A stretch of DNA of 64,000 nucleotides, from positions 1,798,001-1,862,000 of the forward strand of contig LSRY02000003.1 of NCBI GenBank assembly GCA_001643675.2. The letters run 5' to 3'. Under the pieces are notes generated by a model. It had not been told where the DNA came from and ran no database searches. It saw nothing but the letters and a program-made list of their open reading frames with translations. Positions within the stretch are counted from its first letter, which is position 1. Every line of letters starts with the position of its first letter. This DNA is from Monocercomonoides exilis PA203 (Eukaryota > Protista > Preaxostyla). The translations under genes were made by a program, and so were the position numbers. Shown here piece by piece: positions 9,720 through 26,426 of this stretch.

Positions 9720-12380
9720 AAAGAAAGTGAATGCCTTCGATCACCACAGATTCTTTTTAGCCTTGAAAAAAGGAATCTCGAAAGATGCCTCACTACAGGG
9801 CGATGTAATCAATGCATATGACAAATTGGTATAAATATTTGGCAAAACTCCTTGCTTTGCTATTACGTAGTAATAAAACATCCATTTGTCTTGAAAAATA
9901 GATTGATCACAACAAATAAAATTTGAAGAATGCAAAGAAATTATCTGCTTTCTTATATCGGAGTTCATGGAAAAAAGAACAGAATTTGCATAATCGCAAA
10001 ATCCGCTTTTGATTCGAGGTAATCAATCACTTGAAATTTTCTTTAGAATTGTTGATAATACTTTGGTCCTTTCATCTGAATTTTCTAAATCATCTGTTGG
10101 TAGTTGTTTACTCGATCCAAGTAAAAACAGTTCGTCAACGATATTTTCATTAGAAGAATGATTGAAAACACTTGAACTTTCTTCAGTTGATGAATTGCAA
10201 TTGGCAACTTGTTGACTTTCAATTGATCCACAAGAGTTTCTTGTATTATATACAAATCGTTTCTTTGGAATGGTTGTTGATTCTGTCTTTTCATTGAATT
10301 CATCGTATTCATTTTCAGTGTCATCATCTATTATCCCTAACGTTTCAAAAATAAGCTGATTCTGTAAATCATCATTCGGCTAATCGCTTGAATCTTTTGT
10401 TGATTAATTATTTGTCACATAATTGATCAATTTGAAAAGAATTTCGTTGTTCAAAATAGAACTTGATGGTGAAAATATTGACTATGTAATATCTGGTGCT
10501 GGTGTTCGTGCAGATGAAACAGATGCAGATTCTTTTTCCTTTTTTTCTATTTTCGTTTCAAGTTGTTGAAGCGAATAATGAAATGCATTCACAGATAAAG
10601 GAGATCCGAAATTTATCTGTTGTGTTGGTAAAATAAATGTTGGTTTTTCAAATGTGGAAGAATTCTGCAATTGTTGATTTGACACAAAAATACTGTTTGC
10701 ACAATTGTCCTTTGCTGTGTCTTGACGTGAAGGAATTTTCATATTCTCTTGTTGAGCACAAGAAATTGTTAAAATAGAAACAGGTGTTATCGATGATGTT
10801 GAAGAAGAAGAGCTGAGAAATGAATTTTGCGTTATTTGTGAATGTGTCTTCAGAGTGTTGACAGCAGGATGCGTTGATGAAAGAGGCGATAATTTTTCTG
10901 ATGATTTGATAAATTGAGTGAATTCATCTTTAAGAGAATTAAGCTTCGATGTAAAGGAGATCACAAATGAGCTTCGATGGTAAAGTCTCACTCCAATTGG
11001 TGTTAAAGAAAAAGCCAACGCCAATTTGTTTTTTCGTTCTCCAGCAAGGAAACAATTTTGTAATCAAATCATCAAATGGTAAACACAAACAAGCTAATTT
11101 TCATCAGAAAAATTATCGAGATAAATCATTAAAAAATATTGAACAAACGTTTTAAGTGTGAGAAGAAAAACAGATCCCAGTTTCGTGTCATCGTTCTCGA
11201 GCAATAGTTGCAGTTCTCTGAAAGGAAACAGTAATATGCCACATCTGATCACATCAAAAATAGAAATACCACCAAAAAACTCAGAAATTGATGTATATTT
11301 GCAATTGACATAAGAAAAAAAAGTTGTGTCAGCAGAGCCACCTTATTTTGACAAAGCAAGAGCACGTAGGATTTGTTGGATTTTTCGTTGATGTTTTCCT
11401 GTAGCCTTTGGATATCGTAATTATGGTCTCTTTTAGTTGTCTCAAGAATTTGTTTTCGGAAAAAAAAAGGGTAATAATCAGATTGACTAAATGATTTGTG
11501 CAGTAAATAAAAAATGGTGGAGTTTGATATTCATTTTGCTGAGTTTCACAAATAGTCGTATCCTATAACAGATTTTGTTTCGCTAGCATGTGTGGTTTTT
11601 ATCCATCTGAGCAAAATCTGCTGACCTCTCCATTCACATCGAGAACTTCTATCTTTATAGAATGTGCCAATTTTGTGTAATCAGCAGCTGTGAAACATGC
11701 ATTGTTCAGGATTCAAAAAACTCGTTTTCCATTATCATTCGAGGGAACAACTGAAACTATTGTTAACTTTTTTCCAGCAATAACTCCTCCGTCCATCATG
11801 GCACAGACTATTGTGTTGTTGATAGCTTCATTTCGTTCTTTTCCTTTTCTCAAGTTTTCGTCTTTGATGAGCAATGATAGTTTCCTACTGGTTAAAGATG
11901 GAAAAATGGTTTCTGAAGACAAAGAAAGATTTTGTTGAGAAAGTCGAATTAACGTAGAAATGAATGTGTTAAATTCAGAAGAATAAGCAGATAAAAAAGC
12001 TATATTGCAATGGCTGATAAGATAAAAGAATTGCTAAATGAGAATATGAAAATTGGAATTAATAATCTTTTGGACTTTTTTTGGAGGTTTTGATTAAATT
12101 GGAACAAAAGGCTTTGGCTTTAAAAAAGATAACATTGAAGATTCTTTTGTTAAAAAGCATAAATGATTTTTAACACGTTCTGTGTTTTTTCTTCCAGAAA
12201 AGCCACAGTTTATTCCATGTTTGCTATTTGGACATAGTTAGTAAACATGCCCATCTTTTTTCAGTGATCCATCAGGAGAAACTGGAGGATACGCAATTCA
12301 AAAGGAATTGTTATTAACTTCGAAATGTGTTTTATCAATTTCTTCTTTTGTGTTGTTGGGGGAGAAGATAATCTTTTAAA
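9720..12380 (-). pseudogene. Decayed hAT transposase
   Basis: Fragments are collinear with the intact 49801-52389 protein: LCPNSKHGINC (vs LCPNSKNGQNC), CAMMDGG, YCTNHLVNL (CxxH), IRW, SPCSEASFE. Many stops and frameshifts. Probable right TIR gtctcaaaagccca ends 12966; left terminus not found. Confidence 0.8.
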
Positions 12381-13069
12381 ATTATGCAAATTCTATCAAA
12401 ATATTTATGATCCAAAATAAAAATTTGAAAAACAAACATTTTCCATTGTTTGTGAATTTAGTGCATATCAAAGTGACAAATGAACATCCTTTTTCTTTTT
12501 ATGCATTAATTTTATCTGAAAACGCTTTTCGCTTTGCATGAAAACATTAATATTATAAATTAATGAGAATTAAAATGAAAATTAATGTTTAACAAACTTT
12601 TTGTTGAATAGATAAGCATCTTCTCAACTCGTCTGGAAATTCAAAAACAAAACCATCATCCATTTCGGACATTTTTTTTCGATTCAACACGACAGATCTT
12701 GAGATCCGAATGATCCAGACAGATCGGAACAGATCTTTGTCGAATTGATTTGTCAAAAACCCATTAAATATTTCATCCTTTGTTAAAAATAAATGTAATA
12801 GTTATTTATTATTAACAAAGGATGAAAATTATTAAACAACCAATTGTTAAAAAAATCCTTCTTTATGGTGAATGAATAAAAATATTTAAAATCAATTTTG
12901 AAATGTATTTCATGTCGGACGATTTGTCGAAACCATTTTTGTATGTCGGCTTGTCTCAAAAGCCCACAATAAATACCACAAGAGATTATTTTTTTTCGAT
13001 TTTTGATCTTTTTTTATTACGTCAAAAAATAATCACCCAAATATAATCTCACTTAATTGGAGAATTATC

Positions 13070-16497
<3,428 letters not shown>

Positions 16498-16579
16498 GAA
16501 TTATATTTTTCTTTTTTCGCAAAAAAATTATAAAATGAATTTTCAAATATGAAAATAAAGGTGTTGATCACAAAAAAAT

Positions 16580-16819
16580 GGGTGATTCTTTTTGAAAAGT
16601 CACAAATGTTTAATTTTCAAATAAATCAAAAATTTCATATTTAACTCAAATTTCTGTTTCCACTAACGAATCTTTTTCAGAATGCATGAAATAGCATTAT
16701 CAAATAATGGATTTCATATTTGGTAAGTTTGGGGCATATTAATAGAAATTTGAGTTAAATATAGAATTATTGATTTATTTGATAATTAAACATTTGTGAC
16801 TTTTCAAAAAGAATCACCC
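16580..16819. mobile_element. 240-bp MITE, copy 2
   Basis: gggtgattctttttgaaaagtcacaaatgttt...aaacatttgtgacttttcaaaaagaatcaccc; TSD aaat/aaat. Confidence 0.9.
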
Positions 16820-17031
16820 AAATGTTTAGTCCGTCACCTGTGTCAGTTGTTGCAAAATTTCTTTCTTGTTTCACATGTCAAGTGCAAAAAACAAAAGAAT
16901 CAAGTTTTAATCTGAATTCATTTATTTTTTCACAAAAATAGCCATTTTTGTTTGCTATTCAACGTTGGTCAAATTGATTAACAAGCCAGATTTTGAACTG
17001 AAAATGGATATTTATTTGTTTTTCCTCATTT

Positions 17032-17271
17032 GGGTGATTCTTTTTGAAAAGTCACAAATGTTTAATTTTCAAATATTTCAAAATTTTCATATTTTGCTCA
17101 AATTTTTGTTTCAGCTCACAAATCTCCTTAAGAATATTTGAAATAACATTATCCAGAAATGGATTTTATATTAGTGAAGTTTGGTGTATGTTAACAAAAA
17201 TTTGAGCAAAATGTGAAATTTTTGATTTATTTGTAAATTAAACATTTGTGACTTTTCAAAAAGAATCACCC
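17032..17271. mobile_element. 240-bp MITE, copy 3
   Basis: Same TIRs and length; TSD attt/atat (3/4). Confidence 0.9.
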
Positions 17272-18723
17272 ATATGTTCAAGCAATGATTCAAATTAGGG
17301 TCAACTTTTTAATGGGACTTTTTCCTTTATTGGCACATTTTATTATTTTAGCATGCCAGTCATTCAATAAAGCTTGATGAACCACAACACTAGGGCGAGG
17401 GTGTTAATAAAACAAATACATTAAATTACCGGTTTGTTTTTTAAATATTGTTTATTTTTTGTAGAGATACAGCAATTTTTTATTGATTTTGAAGTGACTT
17501 TTTTCAGCCGAGGAAGCATTTCACAAAAATAAGAAATCCATTTTTTAAAACTACTTGCATTATCCTTTTAATATTCAAAATCTTAAGTTTAACAACTTGT
17601 TTTTTCTTGATTTTTTTCACATTTCAAATTTTTATCAACATGCGAATACAGTTTTTAAAATTTCTTTGTTATTAATATTAAGTGTTAAAAAAAAAAATAT
17701 GATATGAAAAATACTCACTCTGACAAAGAAGTGTGAAAAAGGTTGAACATCATAATTTTCTATATGTATCAAACAGGTGAATGGTCACAACATTGAATGA
17801 TCTGAGATCAAACTTATTCTATTTTGATGTGTTTGATACATATAGAAAATTATGATGTTCAACCTTTTTCACACTTCTTTGTCAGAGTGAGTATTTTTCA
17901 TATCATATTTTTTTTTTTAACACTTAATATTAATAACAAAGAAATTTTAAAAACTGTATTCGCATGTTGATAAAAATTTGAAATGTCATAATTTTTTTGA
18001 AAAGTTCCACGACTTTAATTTTGTCCCACAAAATATCAAAAAAGATCAATAAATAATGATAATTCTGTTCCCATTTTAGTTTTATAAATGTTATTTGTTG
18101 TTATTTATTTTGCTATTTTAAGAAAAACAGATAACAAATTAGTTGAAATTATATAGATTTTTAACTTTTTTTTGTAATACACTCAAGTGAGCTACTGCTT
18201 TTTAGCTATTTGCATCAAATGAGTTTCATGCTTTTATTTCCTCATTTTCATTTTATCTGTTCGCATATTCATCATGAATTTATGGATAATAACTAAATTT
18301 TAAATAATATTTTTGTTGAAAGGTATAGAAAATTATGTTCGCTTGAATTCTGGAATTTTTAATAAAATATTGTCAATTATGAATAATTTATCAAAACAAT
18401 ACTCGTGGCGTTTGAAAAGTATTCAAAAAGGAGTTGACAAGAACCAATAATAAATATAATTCTAGAAAATTGTGGAATGAAGAATTATTTTTCAAAATAA
18501 ATCACCATTTGCTCCAAACTCAAAAAAACAAATTTTTCTCAAATATAGATTCAAACAGTTTGTGCCATTCAAGTATCTTTCATCTCAATATGTGCCTTTC
18601 TCTTCTCCCTTCCATTTTATATTGACACATTATGTAAAAATATCCTGTAATAATCCTCTCAAATAGCATGAAAAAAGTAGGTTTTTTCGGCTGGTCAACC
18701 ATTCTGATACGAATGAAAATGAT

Positions 18724-20103
18724 GTGTTTGTGTCACCTGTGGAGCTGCCGGCAGACGTGGTGGTGTATCTGAAAAAGCTTCTTGTAGCCGGGGCAGCGCA
18801 GCAGTCGTCTCTTCGCTCAGCACCTTCTTCTTCCTCGTCTTCTTCAACAGGAGCAGCACGCCGATCAACTTCGTTATTCCGGAGGCGGAGAAGCGAAGAG
18901 AATAAATCTTCAGAGAATGAGCAGCCATCATCTTCATCAGCGCCTGCGATTGACCCTTCGGATGCGTCGGCTGTGGCTGCGTCATACACGTCGGCAGGAG
19001 CGATGGACGATATCGAGAGGCGGCTGCGGATTGTGGTACCAGAGGCGGCTGGGGTGTATGGGCGGCACATGCCGCTGTCGCTGCAGCTGCTGCTGTCGCC
19101 GCGGGCGCTGCAGACGCTGCGGGGATATGTTGTGGCTCGGCGGGCGGTGCTGTATGGGGGTGTTGTGTGTGCACACGATGTGGCGCTTTCAGCGATGCTT
19201 TCGGTTCCGCTGGTGGCACCGCTTCCTTCGCTTGCAGCGTCGGTGGGCACGAAGTCGGGGAGCAAGCGGATCTTTGCAGCGGCAGATGTGAATGCATTCC
19301 CGTCGATCTACGATCTGTTTGACCCGTCGCTGCTGCCGTCGGCGATAGCGCGGCTGGTGTCGCGATCGCCGCAGTCGAGGCGTGTGGTGGTGAAGCTGGA
19401 CGACGAAGTGATGGGGCGAGGGATTGCAGTGTGTGAAGTGGGGGAGATTGTGGAGAAAGGGTTGGATGCTGCGGGGCTGAGGATGGAGGATGTGGTTCTG
19501 TCACCAGCAGCGATTGCACTGGCTGTGCTGGAGGAGCGGGAAGAAGTAGAGGAAGGAGAAAGGGGATGCAAAGAGGGAGACAAAGAGGGAGAAGAAAAGG
19601 GAGAAGAAGATGGAGGCAAAGATGGAGGGAAAGAGGGAGGTGATGGGAATGAGGAGAAATGTGGGTATCCGACAGCTCACAGAGAGTTTGTGGAGAGAAT
19701 CAAAGAGAACCGGGGGAAGCTGGAAGAAGCGATGGCGCCTTTGATTGTGGAGGCGCTTGGGCTGAGTGGGCTGAGGTTTGTGAAGGCAGAGGCTGAGGTG
19801 GGCGCATACAAGCAGCATTCAGTTGAACCAGAAGTGTGCAGTTCTTCTCCATCCAATGGCATCCAACAGGAGAACAGGAGAGCAGAAGAGGAAGCAACAG
19901 ATGGGTCTTTTGACATAACTTCAGATGGAAGAGAAGAAAATGTGGGGAAAGATGAGGAACAGGTGGAAATGTCTGTGAATGGATTGGGGATGAATGAGGA
20001 GCAAGGAAAAGAGGGTGGTTCGAATGATTTGGAGAAGGAAGAGGAAGAGGAAGAGGATGAAAAGGATGAAGAGGATGAAGATGATGAAAAGGAGAAAGTT
20101 TGA
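18724..20103 (+). CDS. IQCH-like ATP-grasp domain fragment with acidic tail (cargo; may be a pseudogene)
   Basis: GC-rich 459-aa ORF. TKSGSKRIFAAADV..IYD...VVKLDDEVMGRGIA resembles the IQCH-family ATP-grasp region (from recalled motifs). Confidence 0.55.
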   Translation: MFVSPVELPADVVVYLKKLLVAGAAQQSSLRSAPSSSSSSSTGAARRSTSLFRRRRSEENKSSENEQPSSSSAPAIDPSDASAVAASYTSAGAMDDIERRLRIVVPEAAGVYGRHMPLSLQLLLSPRALQTLRGYVVARRAVLYGGVVCAHDVALSAMLSVPLVAPLPSLAASVGTKSGSKRIFAAADVNAFPSIYDLFDPSLLPSAIARLVSRSPQSRRVVVKLDDEVMGRGIAVCEVGEIVEKGLDAAGLRMEDVVLSPAAIALAVLEEREEVEEGERGCKEGDKEGEEKGEEDGGKDGGKEGGDGNEEKCGYPTAHREFVERIKENRGKLEEAMAPLIVEALGLSGLRFVKAEAEVGAYKQHSVEPEVCSSSPSNGIQQENRRAEEEATDGSFDITSDGREENVGKDEEQVEMSVNGLGMNEEQGKEGGSNDLEKEEEEEEDEKDEEDEDDEKEKV

Positions 20104-21486
20104 GGAATAGGTGGAAATATCAGTTGATTATTTGACAATAATAAAGGAAAAAAATTAATCCGATGAAAAAGAAAGGTTAAACAGTCGTTTGATTAATGAG
20201 GAGTGATAAGATGAAGAAGACGAAGAGGAGGAAAATGGAAGGAAAATTGAGTGCAAATAGAAGATCGGAGTGTCGTGGTTGTTCTATTAGGTTGAGAAAT
20301 TACGAGAAGTGTCTTTAACTTAAAAGGCAATCAACAAATGATGCTTGTGATCATTGCAGACGGGCAGACTTTGGATGCGCTGGGAGAGCTGAACATGCCA
20401 CTGACCATAAACTGTGTCAAGATGAAATGAAATGGAAAAAATACAGCTGAGGAGCAAAGCCAAAGAGGAATCTGTCTTTGGAGCATTGCGAGATCCTCAT
20501 GCAGCATGGGACAGATAAGAAGCAGGGATGAAGCAGGCGATTTCCGAAGACTTTGTGGTTAAGTTTTTCGCACATGTTGAGTGAATTGAGCACAAAGCGG
20601 AGAAGAACGAGTTTGTGTGTAGTATCATTATCAGTCAGGATGAGTGGATCCACCTTGCGAATGCGCATTCATTGATGAAGCAGCGACTACTGTTTTGTGG
20701 AGTGACAGCTTCGTTTGATATTGCATGTGGATGATTCAGTGAAAGTGAAGTTCACAACGGAGAAGGGAATTGAAGCTGCACGGCAGAGCAGAGAAGGAGT
20801 AGAAGCAGGTAATGCGAAGGAGATTCTGAGCAATTGTTCAACGATGCTGTTAGGGCATGCGTTTGAAGATGTGCCTGATGGATAGTCTAATGCGGATACT
20901 CAGCTGATATAACTGTGTGAGTGAATGGAGGCAGAGGTGCAGAAGGAGGGAAGGTGGGTTTATTCAACACGTCAGACAAGAGGCTCGGGACAGAAGAGGA
21001 GTTTATTTAGAGAAGACAGTCGAATGCTGTGCATATGAAAAGCGAATACGGCTGTGATGCTTCTTACACCATTTCTAACCGACCACGCTTTCTCAGCGGT
21101 GTTCCGATGGATGCTTCTATGGCATTGAAAATGAAAGCAGAGGATCTTTGTTTCTAATTCTTCTTTTCCTTCTTCTTCCACTTCTTCTTCTTCTTTTTTT
21201 TTTTTTCTGCTGCTGCTGCTTCCACGGCAAGTTCCACTTTTTGCAGAAATGAGGAAAAGACAACACAAGTTGCGAAGTTCCAGCTAGTGGAGCTAACGAT
21301 GGAACGTCGAAAGAATAAATTTCAACGCTTGGCGTTTTTTCTATATGCTCTGAGTGAGCAACGCCGTTTCTTCCTGGTTTATACGCTGTATCTGTTTGGG
21401 TGAAAAGGAGATGAGGCGGATAGGGATGCATATGAGTATATGACGGTTGTTCCATTTGAGTCCGAGCATGCGATAAAGCGAGCTAA

Positions 21487-22445
21487 TTATTTAATTGAAG
21501 CGGCGTTTGCAGAAATGTTAACAGATGTTTGTGTGTGACAGGCTAGTGTGGAGATAATGATTGAGATAATCTGAAAAAAGGGTAATTCTTCGAATTGGAG
21601 CAAGGATACAATAACAGTGCTGTTTGTGAGTGTGAAGGAGGAAGTTGTTGAAAAGAAAGAAGGAGAAGGAGAAGGAGAAATAGAAGAAGAAGATAGATGA
21701 GAAGAAGAGGAAGAAGAAAAAGAAGATGAAAGAAAGAAGATGAGCTTAAATAGAATCATTTCAAAGTCTGCTGTTATCATTGCAGAGCTAAATGATTAGC
21801 TGGCATCGGGGACTATCAAACCACTTTGTTCATCATTTCTTCGAATTTCATGCTTTCGATCAGCAAAGGCCAATTCATCGCTCATCATAATCATTCCACA
21901 CACAACAACTTTCTTTTCTGTTGTTAATCTTGTTAGGGAGTTCTTCATTGTCAAACAAGGAAATCGGACGATTCCACAATGCGAGTGATCGGATGCTTCG
22001 ATATTGCTCAGAAATATTTCTTCTGGAGTGTGAAGGAGAAAGATACACAGAGGAATGACCACACTCGTATTTCCATTGTCATATCCTCGAACTTTCTCAA
22101 GAGAATCCAAAGAGGCTTCCACACATGTGATGTTTTCTGATTTTGCTGTTTCTTCTAGATTGGGTGAAAAGATGAAGATATCGCTTCCCCACTTGGCTGT
22201 GTTTGTTCCAAATGAAGAGGAGATTAGGAATTCTGGTTTTTCATTCAATAATCGAAGAAAAATTCCTCCCTTAAATCCATATGACGCAGAGCAAGAGCAC
22301 CCATCGAAAGATTCACCTTTCACTTTCACTTCGTTTTTATTCCCAACACATAGAATCATCAACACTCAGTTAGCTGATGTTCTGCTTCCACATCCTGTTA
22401 ATGAACAAGTATTGAGATCTTTATCTTATATGCCATTTAAGAAAT
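21487..22445 (-). pseudogene. Fragment of a large surface-protein-like multigene family (cargo)
   Basis: CSCSASYGFKGGIFL, NTAKWGSDIF and DHSHCGIVRFPCLT motifs; premature stops; paralogous to 25040-25830. Confidence 0.55.
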
Positions 22446-25039
22446 AAATGTTAATTATCAACTGCGATCTTTTCAATAAAAATGTATGATTAAATTTTAA
22501 ATAAAAATTAAAAATTTTTTGTTTAAATATAATACTAACCACTAAATTTATCAAATTTTCAAATGCGTTTAATGTGTGTGTTCAATTTTCGCATTTACGT
22601 TAAGTTCAGGCTCATAATGCAAATGAAAAACTCTATTCAAATGAAAATTAGAATTAACATTGAAAATCAAGTTTATCAAAAAATAGAATCAAAACACACC
22701 TTGGACATTTCATTTATAAATAATTGCAAAGAAGTTCAATCAAGTGATACTCTTTTTCATGGAAAAACTGATAAATTTTGATCAAAAATTTTATATATAA
22801 TTTTTTATCAAACAGTATTTTTTCTCATAAAGAAGTTTGTTATGAACCAACAAACATTATTGCAAAACAAGCATTTTTTCATGAGAATAATGGAAACGGA
22901 ATGAAAAATATTTAATGACGATGGGTCAAATTTTTGATCTGATGTCACTTTTCAAAAAAATATAGACAAATGTGAAAAAAATCAAGAAAAAACAAGTTGT
23001 TAAACTTAAGATTTTGAATATTAAAAGGATAATGCAAGTAGTTTTAAAAAATGGATTTCTTATTTTTGTGAAATGCTTCCTCGGCTGAAAAAAGTCACTT
23101 CAAAATCAATAAAAAATTGCTGTATCTCTACAAAAAATAAACAATATTTAAAAAACAAACCGGTAATTTAATGTATTTGTTTTATAAACACCCTCGCCCT
23201 AGTGTTGTGGTTCATCAAGCTTTATTGAATGACTGGCATGCAAAAACAAAAAAAAGTGCCAATAAAGGAAAAAGTCCCATTAAAAAGTTGGGCAAGTTAC
23301 AAGTATATGGACCATCGATAAAAATTTTTTAATATATTTTTAAAGATACAAAATGGAATATTAATTTATTTAAAATAAGTTATTTTTATCGAAAAAGTGT
23401 TTTTAACAACTTTTCATTTTTCATATGATTTATCCCATAACATTTTCTTGTTTTTACAGGTTTGAAAATTTTGTTTATTTTACGAAATAAACTCTCTTCG
23501 AACTTATATGTTGTTATATTATAATTAAAATCGATAATACTTATTATTGCTCAAACCATGGAAGCGAGTATCTGCTCTGCTTGAAAATTGCTCTATTCAG
23601 ATACATCGAGCAGTTTTGGTTAATGACCGAGAAATATGCAACAGTTGCATTTATTCCTTGAGAAATGCAACAGAAAGGAGAGTTGTGAAACCTGATGGCT
23701 TGTTGAAAGGAATGGTTGTTGGTTGTTTCGAAGGAGATTTGGCAGCCAACATTTAATCACGATTTGATGTGGAGTTGTTTGCTTTTTATTTTTGAATATT
23801 ATAGAAAAGCTGAAAGAAAATTTGAAAGAAGAAAAGGAAGAAGAGAAAAGAAAAGTTTTGAAAAAGGAAGCATTTGAAAAAATGGAAGAAGAAGGATACA
23901 AAGATGACGTCACAAGATTTTGTGAATAGTTTAATTTACCAAGTTAAGAATATTACTCAGATTATACATTATTTGAGGATATTTTCGATAATTTTGAAAA
24001 ATATTTTTGAATATGATATGAATTTCAGCTTTGAAACCCAATAATAAGAAGTATTGCAAAATAACAAACCAGTTTTAGAATTCCATTATTATTTTGTAAT
24101 GAAAATTTTAGATTTGAAAGTCCAGAAGTTTTTTATTAAATAAGTTTAATGAATAAAAGATAAATTTTTGTTAAATTGTAATTTTTTCTTTTCGCAACGA
24201 ACGAAGAAAAATTAAACTTGCTTGATTCTTTTCCTGACAATTTTTTTATATTTTTAATTTCAAATAATTTTCTTCTTTTCAAATGTTCATTTTTATTGAA
24301 AATTCTTGGTATTATCACAGTATATACTTTCATCTATTTTGTATATCATTTTTTCTTGTTTTCTCGAGTGAATGTGTGTTCTTCACAAAAAATAATAAAA
24401 AGAAAATATAAAAAGATGAAGTTAATATGGGGCAAAATTTTCTTTTTCCAAATTTTGTTCCACCCGTAATTTCGACAATAATTTCTACAAAAAATTTAAT
24501 TATTCACTGAACAGTTTTAAAAATGGCTAAATTTTTTTGAAAAGTGACATCAGATCAAAAATATGACCCATGGAAGTTAATTTTCAAACACTCCATTTCC
24601 ATTATTCATATAATAATATTGAATTTTCACAGTGATGTTTGTTGGTTCATGACAAACTTCTTTATGAGAAGAAATACTCTTTCACAAAAAATTATATATC
24701 AAATTTTTTGATCAAAATTCAAATATCAGTTTTTCCATGAAAAAGTGTTTCACATAATTTAACCATTTTGCAATTGTTTATTAATGAAATGCGCAAGGTA
24801 TGTTTCGATTTTTATTCCAATTCAACTTGATTTTTAATGTTAATTCAAAATTTCATTTGAATAGCATTTTTCTTTTGCTTTATGAGCCTGAACTCAACAT
24901 GATTGCGAAGATAGAACACACATAAACGATGCAACTGTTAATCGGATAAGTTTAGTGGTTTCCATTTAATGTTAACAAATAAATTTAATTTTAAATAGAT
25001 TATTTAATCATGCTTTTTTTATTGAATAGTTTGCAGTTG

Positions 25040-25830
25040 AGAATCAACATTTGTTTTTTCAATGGCACAATAGACAAAGATCTGAATTCGAGAGAATGTT
25101 CAGGGTGTGGAAGCACAACATTGGCTGAAGGAGGATCGATGATGTTGTGAGTTGGGAATGAAAATGAAGTGAAAGTGAAAGGCGGGACCATTAATGAGTG
25201 TTATTGCTCAGCATTGTATGGACTAGGGGGAGGCATCCTCCTTCGATTGATGGAAGACAATCCCAATTTCCAGATTTCTTCCTCTTTTGGCGCAAACACA
25301 GCCAAGTGGGGAAGTGATATCTTTGTAATCTCTCCCAATTTGGCAGAAACAGCAAAATCGAAAAATATCTTATGTGTTTCAGATTCATTTGATTCTGTTG
25401 ACAAAGTGAGAGGATATGACAATAAAAACAACAGTGTGGTCATTCCTCTGTGTATCTTTCTCCTTCACACTCCAGAAGAAATATTTCTGAGCAATATCGA
25501 AGCATCCGATCACTCGCATTGTGGAATCGTCCGATTTCCTTGTTTGACAATGAAGAACTCCCTAACAAGATTAACAACAGAAAAGAAAGTTGTTGTGTGT
25601 GGAATGATTTTGATGAGCGATGAATTGGCCTTCTCTGATCAAAAGCATGAATCAGAAGAATGACGATCAAAGCGGTTTGACAGTTTCTGATTCGAGTGCA
25701 ACATCCAATTCAGCGATGTTAACAACAAGCGTTGAAACAAAATTATCAAATCTCATCTTCTCTCTTCCATCATCCCTTTTTCTTCGCTCCATTTTCATTC
25801 TCTCATCATCATTAACTTCTCCTTCTTCTC
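25040..25830 (+). pseudogene. Surface-protein-like family fragment (cargo of copy B)
   Basis: ORF 25169-25663 is paralogous to 21796-22365; in-frame TGA at 25147 and a frameshift near 25660. Confidence 0.55.
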
Positions 25831-26095
25831 CTTCTTCTTCTTCTTCTCTTCTTCTTCTTCTTCTTCTTCTCCTCCTCCTCCTTCTTCTTCTTCTTCTTCT
25901 TCTTCTTCTTCTTCTCATTCTTCTTCTTCTTCTTCTTCTTCTTCTTCTCCTTCTTCTCAATCTTCTCAATCTTCTTCTCTTTCCCCTTCTTCTCCTTCCT
26001 CTCTTCCTTCTTCTTCTTCTTCTTCTTCTTCTTCTCCTCCTCCTCCTCCTCCTCCTTCTTCTTCTTCTTCTTCTTCTTCTCCAATTTCTTCTTCA
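25815..26095. repeat. (CTT/CCT)n trinucleotide low-complexity tract
   Basis: Visible tandem TCT/CCT array. Confidence 0.9.
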
Positions 26096-26395
26096 ACTAC
26101 AACCATTCCATTTGATTTGACTAGAGCAATGAACATAGAAAACGAAAATGTTGGACACGATGCTGATAGCATGCTTCTTGACTGTGTGAGTGATTTCGAA
26201 GTGGATGATGAAGATAATGATAATGATGACGAGGATGAAATAGAAGGGATGAGGTGTCAGAAATATTATGAGAGTTTTGACGATGGATCAGAAGCAAATG
26301 AAAGAGAAGAATCTGGAACACAATCATCAACTCATCTTCTGAGAGCACATGAAAGGGAATCTTCATCACGCCCCAATGCTAATTAAACTTCTGTA

Positions 26396-26426
<31 letters not shown>

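Larger units (their letters stand above)
17985..22967 (+). mobile_element. Pack-type non-autonomous TIR element, copy A (4983 bp), carrying host gene fragments
   Basis: TIRs gtcataatttttttgaaaagt and acttttcaaaaaaatatagac. TSD aaat at 17981-17984 and 22968-22971. Insertion is confirmed by the uninterrupted left foldback arm. Homologous and inverted relative to 24525-31242. Confidence 0.85.
17302..23290. mobile_element. Foldback element (~474-bp arms, 54-bp spacer), right arm interrupted by the 17985-22967 insertion
   Basis: 17619-17775 is the perfect reverse complement of 17830-17986, and 17302-17624 pairs with 22968-23290. Removing 17985-22967 plus one aaat restores a continuous right arm. 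Confidence 0.85.

Noticed and set aside
18630-20138. Long antisense/overlapping ORFs over the IQCH-like gene, and similar ones over the DIRS ORFs
   Set aside because: Shadow ORFs expected in GC-rich coding sequence; no motifs.
25620-26172. Poly-L/R/K/E ORFs here and at 28197-28676 and 47601-48404
   Set aside because: Translations of GAA/TCT triplet tracts; no independent coding evidence.
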